Below are positions 33,898 through 43,787 of a stretch of DNA of 64,000 nt, one piece after another. The stretch lies in assembly GCA_963817385.1 (NCBI GenBank), contig CAWFOM010000008.1:1-64000 (forward strand). Direction: 5' to 3'. Each line of letters opens with the position of its first letter. The first letter of the stretch is position 1. Source of the stretch: an uncultured delta proteobacterium (GTDB taxonomy: Bacteria; Desulfobacterota; Syntrophia; Syntrophales; UBA5619). A program made the translations under genes and the position numbers. The notes under the pieces were generated by a model that saw only the letters and a list, made by a program, of their open reading frames with translations, had not been told where the DNA came from and did not search any database.

Positions 33898-34845
33898 ATG
33901 AATGAAATTCGCCAGGTTACCATAATCGGTGCGGGCACGATGGGTCATTCGCTGGCCCAGACATTCGCCCTGGCGGGCTATCGCGTCTGGTTGCATGACC
34001 TCAAGGACGAAATCCTCGCCAGAGCCAGGAGCCTGATCGCTTCCAATCTCCGGACCCTGGTGGAGATGCGATCCCTGGACCCGAACCAACCGCCCATCGT
34101 CCTGAAGCGCATTCAAACAACCTCGCGCATCGAAGAAGCGGGGGAAGAGGCGGACTTCGTCATCGAGGCGATCAGTGAAGACGAGGCGGCGAAAAAAGAG
34201 TTGTTTCGCACACTGGATGCCGTCTGCCCGGCCGGAGCAATCCTGGCCAGCAACACCTCCTACATGGATATCTTTCAGTTTGTTGAGACCGGACGGCCGG
34301 ATAAAGTTCTCATCACTCATTGGTTTGCCCCGCCTCATATTATTCCCCTGGTGGAGATCGTGCGCGGTCCCCGGACTTCCCAGGAAACGGTTGACCGGGT
34401 GAGGGCTCTCTTGATCGATGCGGGCAAGAAGCCCATCGTGATTTCCCGGTTCCTGCCGGGGTTCATCGCCAACCGTCTCCAGAGCGCCTTGAATAATGAG
34501 GTGCTCCATCTCCTGGATAACGGGTATGCCACTCCCGAGGACATCGATGTGGCGACCAAATCCAGCTTCGGCCTCCGAATGCCCATCCTGGGGCTGGTGA
34601 AAAGAATGGATTATACGGGTCTGGACCTGACCAAAAAAATCATCCGCAACGCTGTGTATCAAGTCCCTCCCCAAAGGACCCAATCCAAGACGGTGGACCG
34701 ATTGGTCTCCCAGGGAAAGCTCGGCGTAAAAACCGGCAGCGGATTTTATGAATATGGAGGCCGTTCCACCGAAGAGATCATGAAAGAGCGGGATTGCAAG
34801 CTGATCGCGCTGAAAGAGTTCTTGCAGAAGATGGGAGAACTCTGA
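33898..34845 (+). CDS. 3-hydroxyacyl-CoA dehydrogenase family protein
   Basis: IIGAGTMG, EAISED, ASNTS, HWFAPPHIIPLVE, GFIANRLQ and GKLGVKTGSGFY. Confidence 0.93.
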   Translation: MNEIRQVTIIGAGTMGHSLAQTFALAGYRVWLHDLKDEILARARSLIASNLRTLVEMRSLDPNQPPIVLKRIQTTSRIEEAGEEADFVIEAISEDEAAKKELFRTLDAVCPAGAILASNTSYMDIFQFVETGRPDKVLITHWFAPPHIIPLVEIVRGPRTSQETVDRVRALLIDAGKKPIVISRFLPGFIANRLQSALNNEVLHLLDNGYATPEDIDVATKSSFGLRMPILGLVKRMDYTGLDLTKKIIRNAVYQVPPQRTQSKTVDRLVSQGKLGVKTGSGFYEYGGRSTEEIMKERDCKLIALKEFLQKMGEL

Positions 34846-34910
34846 AATCGGGTACTTCGGGAGCGAGGATTCCGGGATTATCACGGAACGTATCACGAAA
34901 GGCCATTCTC

Positions 34911-36518
34911 ATGAACAGACCGCCAATGAGCGTTCCCCGGGAATCCCTGACGTTTCCCCTTCGACAAGCCGCCGAACGATTTCCGGATAAAGTGGCAATC
35001 ATCTCCCCGGAAGCGGGCGGGCGGGCGACCACCTACCGCTGGCTGGATGATCATTCTTCCCTTCTCGCCGATTCTCTGGCCAATCTGGGGGTAGAGCCGG
35101 GAGACCGGGTGGCCCTGTGGATGAAAAACAGCCTGGAATATATCCTCTCCTTTTACGGCATCCTGAAGGCGGGCGCCGTCGTCGTGCCGATCAGCACGCA
35201 CTACGGGGAACGGGAGCTGTTGCATCAGCTGAACGTTACGCGGGCCAAAGGCCTGATGGCCCACGACGGCTTGATCCGTCCCCTCGGGGATATCCTGACG
35301 GGGTTGAACGCGCTTCGGTTCCTCATCTCCGAGGGGCCGCAAGAACCTCCGGCGGGGGCTGTTTCGTTCTCCTCCCTCTTGACGGGCGAGACCCGCCTGG
35401 ACCGCTCGGTCGGGGTGGATCCGGAATGCACCCTGGCGGTCCTTCCCTTCTCCAGCGGCACGACCGGCCTGCCGAAAGGGGTCATGCTGACCCACGCCAA
35501 CCTGCTCAGCAATCTGTATCAGGTCGTCCAGGCCCATGAGGTTTCGGACCGGGATGTTCTGATGAATCAACTTCCCTTTTTCCATATTTACGGGATGACG
35601 GTCCTCATGGGCAACTCGATTATGGCCGGGGCCACCCAGGTTATTGCCAGCCGTTTTCGTCCTCTGGATGACTTTCTGCGCCTGTTTGAGACCTTTCGGC
35701 CGACCCTGTTTTTTACCGTGCCCCTGATCATCCAGGAGTTCTGTCACCATCCCCGTGTCCGCACCATGGACTGGAGCCGTCTGCGCTATGTCAACACCGG
35801 AGGAGCGCCCCTTTCACCCGACCTCCAAGAGCGGTTCACCGAAATCACCGGGGTGCCGGTGATGCAGGGCTACGGCCTGACTGAATCGTCTCCGACTACC
35901 CACATCAACCCCATCCGCAGGATCAAGGTGGGCACCATCGGTCTGCCGGTCGCCGACACGGAGGATAAAATCGTCGATCCTCTGACAGGAGCGGAATTGC
36001 CCCCGCACGAGGTCGGGGAACTCTGGGTTCGGGGGCCCCAGGTGATGAAAGGGTATTATGAGGATCCGGAGGCGACCGCCCATACCTTGGTCGAAGGGTG
36101 GTTGCGCACCGGGGATTTGGCCATGAAGAACGAAGAAGGCTACGTCACGATCGTCGATCGGTTGAAAGAACTGATCAAAACCAAAGGATTTCAGGTGGCG
36201 CCAGCCGAAATCGAACACATCCTTGTCGGACATCCGGACATTCAGGATGCGGCGGTCATCGGGGAATCCCATCCCGATTTCGGCGAAATTCCCGTGGCCT
36301 ATGTCGTGCTTCGGCCCGATGCCGAGGTTTCCTGCGAAGCGATCATCGAGTACGCGGCCCACGGCATGGCTAAATACAAGCGGCTGGCCCGGGTGATCAT
36401 TACCGATTCCATCCCCCGCAGCCCCTCGGGAAAGATCCTGCGCCGCATCCTGAAGGCAGCGCTGACTTCCCCGCCTTCCCCGGGGGCCGCCTCTCCCCCG
36501 CGGAGCGAATGCGGCTGA
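34911..36518 (+). CDS. AMP-dependent acyl-CoA ligase (4-coumarate--CoA ligase-like)
   Basis: FSSGTTGLPKG, QGYGLTE, TGDL, DRLKELIK and SGKILRR. Confidence 0.93.
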   Translation: MNRPPMSVPRESLTFPLRQAAERFPDKVAIISPEAGGRATTYRWLDDHSSLLADSLANLGVEPGDRVALWMKNSLEYILSFYGILKAGAVVVPISTHYGERELLHQLNVTRAKGLMAHDGLIRPLGDILTGLNALRFLISEGPQEPPAGAVSFSSLLTGETRLDRSVGVDPECTLAVLPFSSGTTGLPKGVMLTHANLLSNLYQVVQAHEVSDRDVLMNQLPFFHIYGMTVLMGNSIMAGATQVIASRFRPLDDFLRLFETFRPTLFFTVPLIIQEFCHHPRVRTMDWSRLRYVNTGGAPLSPDLQERFTEITGVPVMQGYGLTESSPTTHINPIRRIKVGTIGLPVADTEDKIVDPLTGAELPPHEVGELWVRGPQVMKGYYEDPEATAHTLVEGWLRTGDLAMKNEEGYVTIVDRLKELIKTKGFQVAPAEIEHILVGHPDIQDAAVIGESHPDFGEIPVAYVVLRPDAEVSCEAIIEYAAHGMAKYKRLARVIITDSIPRSPSGKILRRILKAALTSPPSPGAASPPRSECG

Positions 36519-36574
36519 GGAGCTATGCCCGGGGTACAGGGTCGGTCCAACAATCATGCGCCTTCATACACAGA

Positions 36575-36607
36575 ATCGCCCCCGGAAGCTGCGCTTCCGG
36601 GGGCGAT
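36575..36607. terminator. Perfect 14-bp hairpin between convergent genes
   Basis: atcgcccccggaag-ctgcg-cttccgggggcgat. Confidence 0.65.
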
Positions 36608-36653
36608 ATATCTCAATATGCTGTGCGACCCGGGTTACGCTCCCCCCCTTGCG

Positions 36654-37724
36654 TCAATCCTGCGGAAAAGGGAGATCCAGCTCCCGACCGAGGGCGATGA
36701 AGTCCTTAACCACCGGCTCGGGGATCGGGATGCCGTTCGCGAGACGATCGGCCTTCATCTCGAACTCTATCTCCCCGGGGAGATAGATGCGCTTCACCCC
36801 ATCGGCCCTCTTCGATGTCTTGACCTCCTGAATCGCCCTGTCCATGGAGGCGGTGAACTCCGGCAGGTCCATGAAACTCTCCACATTCACCGCCGCAAAG
36901 ACGCTCCCGACATCGGTCGGCTCGACCATGTTGTCCGCCAGGAAGCCGGGAAAGTGGGTCCCGTAATTCGAACCGGTCAGAACGCCGCAGATGAAGTCAA
37001 TCGCCAAGGCGATGCCGTATCCCTTGTAGCCGCCGATGGGGGCGAGAAGCCCTTTCAGGGCGGTGTGCGGGTCCGTTGTAGGGACACCGCGGTCGTCGAA
37101 CGCCCAGCCGGGCTCCAACGGTTTGTTCTGCTTGGCGTAGAGCATGATTCGGCCACGGGCCACTACGGTCGTAGCCAGATCAAGGACAACAGGCAACTCC
37201 CGGCCCGCAGGAATGGCGACGACGAAGGGGTTGGTGCCGAGCATCGCCGTGCACCCCCCCGTGGGGGCCATTGCCGCCGGGGCGTTGGTCGAACTGAAGC
37301 CGATCATGCCGTGCTGGAGGGCCATCATGGCCCAGTAGGCAGCCATCCCATAGTGGTTGGAGTGGCTCACGGCCGTGAAGGCCACACCGGTCTGGCGGGC
37401 CTTTTCTATCGCCGTCCGCATCGCGCGGGCTGCGCCCACCTGGCCGATACTGTTGTTACAGGCAATGAGTGCGGTGGAAGGTTTCTCACGCACGACGACG
37501 AAGTTACTCTTCGCGCTCATGACCCCTTTCTGGATCCGCTCCACGTAGACGCAGAGCATACGAGTAATACCGTGGGTGTCCACACCCCGGAGGTTAGCCT
37601 CGATCATGGAGTCGGTGAGGAGCTTCGCGTCGTCCCGGCTGACTCCGACCTTCTGGAAAACCTCCTGTGTCCAGCCCCGCAATCTCTCCGCAGGGAACAT
37701 TATGCCGCCGTCAACACCCGCCAT
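36654..37724 (-). CDS. Ldh_2 family oxidoreductase (ComC/AllD/YiaK-like)
   Basis: LRGVDTHG, SNHYG, LGTNP, LDLATT, GGYKGYG and YLPGEIE. Confidence 0.93.
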   Translation of the reverse strand: MAGVDGGIMFPAERLRGWTQEVFQKVGVSRDDAKLLTDSMIEANLRGVDTHGITRMLCVYVERIQKGVMSAKSNFVVVREKPSTALIACNNSIGQVGAARAMRTAIEKARQTGVAFTAVSHSNHYGMAAYWAMMALQHGMIGFSSTNAPAAMAPTGGCTAMLGTNPFVVAIPAGRELPVVLDLATTVVARGRIMLYAKQNKPLEPGWAFDDRGVPTTDPHTALKGLLAPIGGYKGYGIALAIDFICGVLTGSNYGTHFPGFLADNMVEPTDVGSVFAAVNVESFMDLPEFTASMDRAIQEVKTSKRADGVKRIYLPGEIEFEMKADRLANGIPIPEPVVKDFIALGRELDLPFPQD

Positions 37725-37789
37725 GCCGTATTCTCCTTTCTGCCGCCCTATTTGCACTATCCTCTCGGGGGATCATTGTTTCGGATTTG

Positions 37790-37817
37790 AGTATATGAAG
37801 AGAGGCCCCTGTGTCAA
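37790..37817 (-). promoter_or_regulatory. Putative sigma70 promoter for the Ldh_2 gene
   Basis: TTGACA-16-TATACT; a divergent TTGACA at 37838 faces the TRAP operon. Confidence 0.5.
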
Positions 37818-37928
37818 GCAATTAAAAGAATTCGCACTTGACAAGCGATAGTTGGAAGAGTAGGAGGAATATTCGGTAGAATTCGCTTCAGACCCACCTT
37901 AACCGATCATTTGCGAAAGGAGATCAGT

Positions 37929-38876
37929 ATGAAACTGAAATCGACCCTACTGGCGTTTACGCTCATGGCCGTGATAGTCATTCCCGTATCTGCACCGGCA
38001 GAGCAGATTACCCTGATGACCGGCCCCCAGGGTGGCGTGTGGGTGCCCCTCGGCGGTGCACTGAAGGGGATGTGGGAAAAGGCGGTCCCCGGCCTCCAGG
38101 TGCAGATGCAGCCCGGCGCAGGAATCGCCAACATTCGCGGTGTCGACGAAGGCAAAGCCCATGTCGGCTTCGGCAACACTATCACGACGGTTGACGGTCT
38201 CGCCGGCAGGCCGCCGTTCCCTAAGAAGGTTACCAAGGTCTGCCAGGTCGCCAACCTCTACCCGCAGTATTTCCAGGTGGTGGTTCCCGTCGATACAAAC
38301 ATCAACAGTATCAATGACCTGAAGGGCAAGGTGATGGTTACGCAGCCGAAAGGCAACACCGCGGAGCTCATCAACATCCATATATTGCAGGTCCACGGGA
38401 TGAACTACCAGTCGCTGTCGAAGGTGAATTTCATCAACTCCTACACCGATGCCGTATCAATGGTGAAGGACGGCCACGCCCAGGTGTTTACGCTGGGGAC
38501 GGCGGTTCCCTCATCGGCGGTGATGGATCTGGCAAGCGCGCGCGACATCAAGCTGATCGGCATCGACGCCAAGATACTGGCCGACATGAAGAAGATCAAC
38601 CCGGGCTACTCCAAACTCACCATCAAGGCCGGCACCTATCCGAAGCAGGACAAGGATGTCGACGTGATCGGTTATGCGACACACATCGTCGCTTCCTGCG
38701 ACCTGCCCGAAGAGATGGTCTACAAGATGACAAAGGCGATGGCAACCAATGTGAGCGATATGGCGGCATCGAACAAGTCGATCAGCGGCTTGACGCCGAA
38801 GATCATGGCCGAGGACATCGGCGTACCCTTCCACAAGGGCGCCTTGAAGTTTTACAAGGAAGCGGGGGCACTCTGA
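37929..38876 (+). CDS. TAXI-family TRAP transporter solute-binding protein
   Basis: Signal peptide; TGPQGGVWVPLG, LYPQYFQVVV and PFHKGALKFYKE. Confidence 0.95.
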   Translation: MKLKSTLLAFTLMAVIVIPVSAPAEQITLMTGPQGGVWVPLGGALKGMWEKAVPGLQVQMQPGAGIANIRGVDEGKAHVGFGNTITTVDGLAGRPPFPKKVTKVCQVANLYPQYFQVVVPVDTNINSINDLKGKVMVTQPKGNTAELINIHILQVHGMNYQSLSKVNFINSYTDAVSMVKDGHAQVFTLGTAVPSSAVMDLASARDIKLIGIDAKILADMKKINPGYSKLTIKAGTYPKQDKDVDVIGYATHIVASCDLPEEMVYKMTKAMATNVSDMAASNKSISGLTPKIMAEDIGVPFHKGALKFYKEAGAL

Positions 38877-38908
38877 TTTCGAGTTCCCCTTCACCCCGCA
38901 GCACCATC

Positions 38909-38937
38909 GCGGGGCGGCCCCGGCCGCCCCGCTTTTT
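38909..38937 (+). terminator. Hairpin plus T-run between the SBP and permease genes
   Basis: gcggggcggcc / ggccgccccgc followed by ttttt. Confidence 0.6.
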
Positions 38938-38972
38938 ACATCTGTAGTCCGCATCACCCGGAGGAGGCACTC

Positions 38973-40865
38973 ATGTCAGAAGCCGTTCCCGTCATTTCCG
39001 AAGAGGTACAGGCAACCCCGCCCAAGACAAAGGCGCTCAAGCGGATCGTTTCGGTGATCGCCATCACTATGTCGCTGTTCCACATGTACGTCGCCGGATT
39101 CGGACCGCCGGAGGCGATGATCTTCCGGGGCACCCATCTGCTGTTTGCACTCACCCTCGTCTTCCTGCTGTACCCACTCAAGCCCGGCGGGGGCATCGGC
39201 TGGCGCATCATCGATGGAATCATGCTCATCGGCTCGTGGGCTTTCATCCTCCACATCTTTTTCAATTACGAATACGTTACCTACCGCACCATCTATATCG
39301 ATGACATGACGACCCTCGACAAGGTCTACGCGGTAATATCGGTGCTGATCGTCCTCGATGCGACCCGTCGCGTCCTCGGCTGGGCGCTGCCGATCACCGC
39401 GTTCATCTTCCTCGCCTACACGGCCTTCCTCACCAACGTGAAGATGCCGATCCTGGCGGAGCAGATGTATCTCTCCCTCGAGGGGATCTTCGGCCCGACG
39501 CTGGGGGTGTCGGCCTCCTACGTGATGCTGTTCGTCCTGTTCGGCGCGTTCATGGAACGGAGCGGCACCGGAAGGCTGTTCATGGACTTCGCGCTCGCGA
39601 TTACCGGCCACACCGCCGGCGGCCCGGGCAAGGTTTCGGTGGTGAGTTCGAGCTTGTTCGGGACGGTTTCGGGGAGCGCCGTCGCCAATGTGATGGTTGA
39701 CGGACCGATCACCATTCCGCTGATGAAGAAAACCGGCTTTACCCCGCCGTTCGCCGCAGCGGTCGAGGCGGTTGCATCGACCGGCGGTCAGATCATGCCG
39801 CCGGTGATGGGCGCAGCAGCATTCGTGATGGCCGAGTTCCTGGCGGTGAGCTACTTCCAGGTGACGCTCTGGGCGGCGATCCCGGCGATCCTGTATTACG
39901 TAGCGGTCTTTTTCTCGGTCCATTTCAGAGCGAAGCGCGTAGGGCTTCTGGGGGTGCCCAGGTCGGAACTGCCGCATCTTGGGACGGTGATGCGTGAGCG
40001 GGGGCATCTGTTCACGCCCATTTTCATCGTCTTTATCGGGCTCGTCGCGGGCTACAGCGCCCCGCTGTGCGCGCTTGCGGGCACCCTCGCCTGCCTCCCC
40101 ATGGCGCTCCTCAAGAAGATCACGCGCCAGGACATCACCTGGAAGTCGGTGGTCGAGGCGCTCGAAGACGGGGCGCGCAACACGCTCCTCGTGGCGATGG
40201 CCTGCGCCTGCGCCGGGATCGTGATCGGCTGTGTGACGCTTACCGGATTGGGGATCAGCTTCACCCAGCTCGTGGTAGGGCTGGCGCGGGAGATGCTGCC
40301 CCTTGCGCTCGCACTTACCGCGGTCGCCGGCATCGTCCTCGGCATGGGGATGCCGACCACCCCCGCCTACATCGTCATGGTCTCGCTGCTCGTTCCGGCG
40401 CTCATTAAACTCGGCGCCATCGCCCCGGCGGCACATATGTTCGCCTTCTATTTCGCGATCCTCTCGGCAATCACCCCGCCGGTTGCGCTCGCGGTTTTTG
40501 CCGCAGCCAGCCTCGGGAAAACCGACCTCTGGAAGTCGGGATGGGAGGCGGTGCGGATCGGCGCCGCCGGCTTCATCGTGCCCTTCATGTTCGTGTACGA
40601 GCCGGCGATCCTGATGATCGGCGATTGGCAGACCATCGTCTCCTCGTTCATAACCGCGACACTCGGCACGATTCTCCTCGCCGCTTCGCTGCAAGGCTAC
40701 CTGATCAGACCGGCAACGATGTGGCAGCGGGTGGTCCTGTTCGTCGCAGCGCTCTGCCTGATAAAACCGGGCTGGATCACCGACATCATCGGCCTCGCAT
40801 TGCTGGCGATCGTGCTCGCCGTCCAATATGCCGCCATGCCGAAGATCGACAAAAAACCGGCCTGA
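38973..40865 (+). CDS. TRAP transporter fused 4TM/12TM permease
   Basis: GGPGKV, SGSAVANV, ASTGGQIMPPVMGAAAFVMAE, GMGMPTT and ITPPVALA. Confidence 0.96.
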   Translation: MSEAVPVISEEVQATPPKTKALKRIVSVIAITMSLFHMYVAGFGPPEAMIFRGTHLLFALTLVFLLYPLKPGGGIGWRIIDGIMLIGSWAFILHIFFNYEYVTYRTIYIDDMTTLDKVYAVISVLIVLDATRRVLGWALPITAFIFLAYTAFLTNVKMPILAEQMYLSLEGIFGPTLGVSASYVMLFVLFGAFMERSGTGRLFMDFALAITGHTAGGPGKVSVVSSSLFGTVSGSAVANVMVDGPITIPLMKKTGFTPPFAAAVEAVASTGGQIMPPVMGAAAFVMAEFLAVSYFQVTLWAAIPAILYYVAVFFSVHFRAKRVGLLGVPRSELPHLGTVMRERGHLFTPIFIVFIGLVAGYSAPLCALAGTLACLPMALLKKITRQDITWKSVVEALEDGARNTLLVAMACACAGIVIGCVTLTGLGISFTQLVVGLAREMLPLALALTAVAGIVLGMGMPTTPAYIVMVSLLVPALIKLGAIAPAAHMFAFYFAILSAITPPVALAVFAAASLGKTDLWKSGWEAVRIGAAGFIVPFMFVYEPAILMIGDWQTIVSSFITATLGTILLAASLQGYLIRPATMWQRVVLFVAALCLIKPGWITDIIGLALLAIVLAVQYAAMPKIDKKPA

Positions 40866-40887
40866 TCCCCCATTCGGGCAGCCGCTG

Positions 40888-41420
40888 TCACGGGTAGAGC
40901 GCGATAATCTCATTGCCGGCTCTCTTAGCGCCATCGCGACAACGATCACGCGTGACGCGGCGGAATATTCGTCCATCAGGTACTCCTCGACACGCCGGGG
41001 GTGCGTCCCCGGCCAGAAGACCCTTCCGCAGAGGCGGCAGATGCGGAATTGGGCGCAGGTCTCGAAAATATAGGCGGGAACCAGGCCCATCATCGCTTCT
41101 TTCGGCACCTCTTCCAGCATTGCATTGCATCTCAGGCAGCGGGTCATCCGCTTCGCCGGATCGGGCTCCAGGGCCAGCGCCTCCAGAACCTCGCCGATCT
41201 GCCTGCCGACCCGGTCGGCATTCACCACGACGAGACTTCCCGGGCGGGGCAGGCGGGCAAGATCCCGCTTCCGGGTGAGGGCAATCCTCCCCTCCTCCCC
41301 GGCCTTCCGGAGAAATGTCCGATCCGCATCCCCCCGGTCATACAGGGTGTCGTACCCGAGTATTCTTAGCCATTTCGCCAGTTTCCCCAGGTTGCAATCC
41401 GCGACAAATCGGACATCCAT
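40888..41420 (-). CDS. Mut7-C RNase domain protein (3' end uncertain)
   Basis: FVADCNLGKLAKWLRILGYDT, RCLRCN...CRLCGRVFWPGTH. The frame does not stop after the domain, so the true end is near 40890-40980. Confidence 0.85.
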
Positions 41421-41506
41421 GATACTCTCTTACAAAAGTCATTATTTCCCGCCCTCCCTTTATCCCTGCTCACCACCATAGGGCGCAAGGTACTCTTACG
41501 GGATCG

Positions 41507-42286
41507 TTACCCATGGCTGCCATCGGGCGGGAAGCGATTCAAGGTAAAGCGGCCGTCATCGTACAAGAGGTAAGAGTCGCGGGTGATCCAGTCGCCCAGG
41601 GTCGCAAAGGTCTTTCTTCTTCCGTCGCAGAGCTCCTCGCGGAGGAACGGTTTATGACAATGGCCGAGGATCACGGCATCATAGCCTTCCTGAAATTTTC
41701 CCCGCGCAAACCGATGCATGATTTCCACCAGACGGTCTACAGATTCCCCGGACATCTCCTTGCTCATCTTCGAACTTATACGGGCCATCCGCCAGAGCAG
41801 CTTCAGGGGGAGCAGCCGCTGCAGACGGTAGACGAAGGGACTTCGCAGGAATCCCCTGAGCGCCAGGTATTTCCGGTTGCCCCGGTCCACGGTATCCCCG
41901 TGGGAAACGAGTATCCGGCGGCCGTCAATTTCAAAATCCGCCCACTCCGGATAGACCTCGATCCCGAGCCGTCCGGAAAAATACTCATCAAGAAAAAAAT
42001 CATGGTTTCCCTCGCAGAAACTGATCCGGACCCCTTCCCGGTTCAAGGCCGCGATTCTCTCTACCATCTGCCGGAAAGCGGGATAGATGGCATCCCCTCT
42101 CGCGAACCAGAAATCGAAGAAATCTCCTGCGATAACGAGATGATCAATGGTATACTGATCCTCAGATACCTGCCCGCAACCGATATGGCCCCTGCCCCGG
42201 AGTCGGTCGAAAAAACGGATGAGCTTTTCATGGGCGGCATCCCCCGGACCTTTCAGGTGAGCGTCGGAGAGGAAGATCACCTTCAT
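41507..42286 (-). CDS. lpxH: UDP-2,3-diacylglucosamine diphosphatase-like metallophosphoesterase
   Basis: LSDAH, GDFFDFW, GNHDF, HGD and GHCH. Confidence 0.85.
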   Translation of the reverse strand: MKVIFLSDAHLKGPGDAAHEKLIRFFDRLRGRGHIGCGQVSEDQYTIDHLVIAGDFFDFWFARGDAIYPAFRQMVERIAALNREGVRISFCEGNHDFFLDEYFSGRLGIEVYPEWADFEIDGRRILVSHGDTVDRGNRKYLALRGFLRSPFVYRLQRLLPLKLLWRMARISSKMSKEMSGESVDRLVEIMHRFARGKFQEGYDAVILGHCHKPFLREELCDGRRKTFATLGDWITRDSYLLYDDGRFTLNRFPPDGSHG

Positions 42287-42596
42287 ACCGGCGTTCCGGG
42301 GTGGAAGGTCGCCCGCAAACGGCAGGGTATTTTTGAATAAATCAGTCCCGTCCATATCAGCGCCTCTATCAGATTTGTCGCTTCTGTTCAAGACCGGAAA
42401 TGGAACATTCTTCGTTCCTCTTCTCCCGGAGTGTAATCGGCATCCGTAAATCACTGTTCCGGCCGGGCGTTACCAACCGAATTGGGGGGCGGCACCGCAG
42501 GAAAAACCGTTGACAAGCCTCCCTGCGATCCGATAGAAGAACGACGGTATGCGGACAGGCCGCTGCCGCACAAAAATCACGATGGGAGGGGATTTC

Positions 42597-43277
42597 TTGA
42601 CAGGAACCTTGATAAACGCGGGGGCGATCCTCGCCGGAAGCTTGATCGGCCTGGCTGCCGGAAAACACCTTCCGGAGAGGCTCAAAACCACCGCCATGCA
42701 GGGACTCGGTCTCTCGGTGATCCTGATCGGGCTGCAGATGGCCCTCTCCGGAACGGAGCCTTTGACGGCCATCGGCTGTTTACTGGCGGGCGCCGTGACC
42801 GGTGAACTCCTCAGGATCGAGCAAGGCGTGGAGCGCGTCGGCGAATGGCTCAAGACGCGAACCGGTTCGAGTTCCTCAACGTTCGTCCAAGGGTTCGTCT
42901 CCGCATCGATTCTGTATCTCACCGGGGCGATGATGATCGTCGGCTGTATCCAGGACGGCACGATTGGCGACACCCGCACCCTCGCCATCAAATCCCTTCT
43001 CGACGGCGTGGCCTCCGTCGCCCTTGCCTCGACCCTGGGGGCGGGCGTGACGTTCTCCGCCCTTTCGGTCCTCTTGGTCCAGGGCGTCCTCACGCTGCTC
43101 GCCTCGCACCTCTCATTCCTGCGTGAACCGGCTGTCCTGAGCGCAGTGACCGCGACCGGCGGTCTCGTGATCCTGGGAATCGGCATTACCCTCCTGAATC
43201 TCACGCGGATACGCATCGGCAACTTCCTCCCAGCCCTTTTCTATGCCATCGCCGAGGCCGTCTACTTTCCCGGATAA
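42597..43277 (+). CDS. DUF554 membrane protein
   Basis: TGTLINAGAILAG, FVQGFVSAS, KSLLDG and RIGNFLPAL. Confidence 0.9.
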   Translation: MTGTLINAGAILAGSLIGLAAGKHLPERLKTTAMQGLGLSVILIGLQMALSGTEPLTAIGCLLAGAVTGELLRIEQGVERVGEWLKTRTGSSSSTFVQGFVSASILYLTGAMMIVGCIQDGTIGDTRTLAIKSLLDGVASVALASTLGAGVTFSALSVLLVQGVLTLLASHLSFLREPAVLSAVTATGGLVILGIGITLLNLTRIRIGNFLPALFYAIAEAVYFPG

Positions 43278-43787
43278 TCAGCACCTATATGAGGCTGGAA
43301 GCCCCTTCGGCGAACACATTGTCAAAGTCATTGGCGCGATGATTTTGTCACAAAACCCTGTGGCGCAATCAGCAGGAAGCCGGAAGGGCGTGACCCGCCA
43401 TAAACCAACAGCCACCTCATAAAAAAAATTTTCGGTACTCGGAACAAATACGCCTTCGGTATAGTGAAAAATATTTCGGGGTACCGATGAAAGAGGGCGA
43501 ACGGGATACGGGAAAAAGAAAACCGCTTTGCGCTTTCCGGGGGAGAAAGCCAGGGTTCAGTTCAAGCCGGGATGATAAAAGCTCTTTTCGAGTATGAGAT
43601 TACAAATATGCAGGAGTTACGTCGATAATAAAGGGTTTCTTTTTCTCGATAATTATGGTAGGGTTACGCTCCATCCGGAGAAAGATTTTTTTAAGCGTCA
43701 CGGCGGGCTTATGCCGCCGCAGATTTTGTCTGGACAGCTTTACGGATCATTCTCTATTTGCAGTCCTTTTGTGAGGCTGTTTTTCCC

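Noticed and set aside
38976..41420. 814-aa Mut7-C fusion protein
   Set aside because: Beyond ~150 aa it is the antisense shadow of the TRAP permease.
43280..43787. Possible c-di-GMP riboswitch or FliA promoter upstream of the HD-GYP gene
   Set aside because: No convincing GEMM consensus on either strand. GTCGATAA at 43621 has only a weak, mis-spaced -35.
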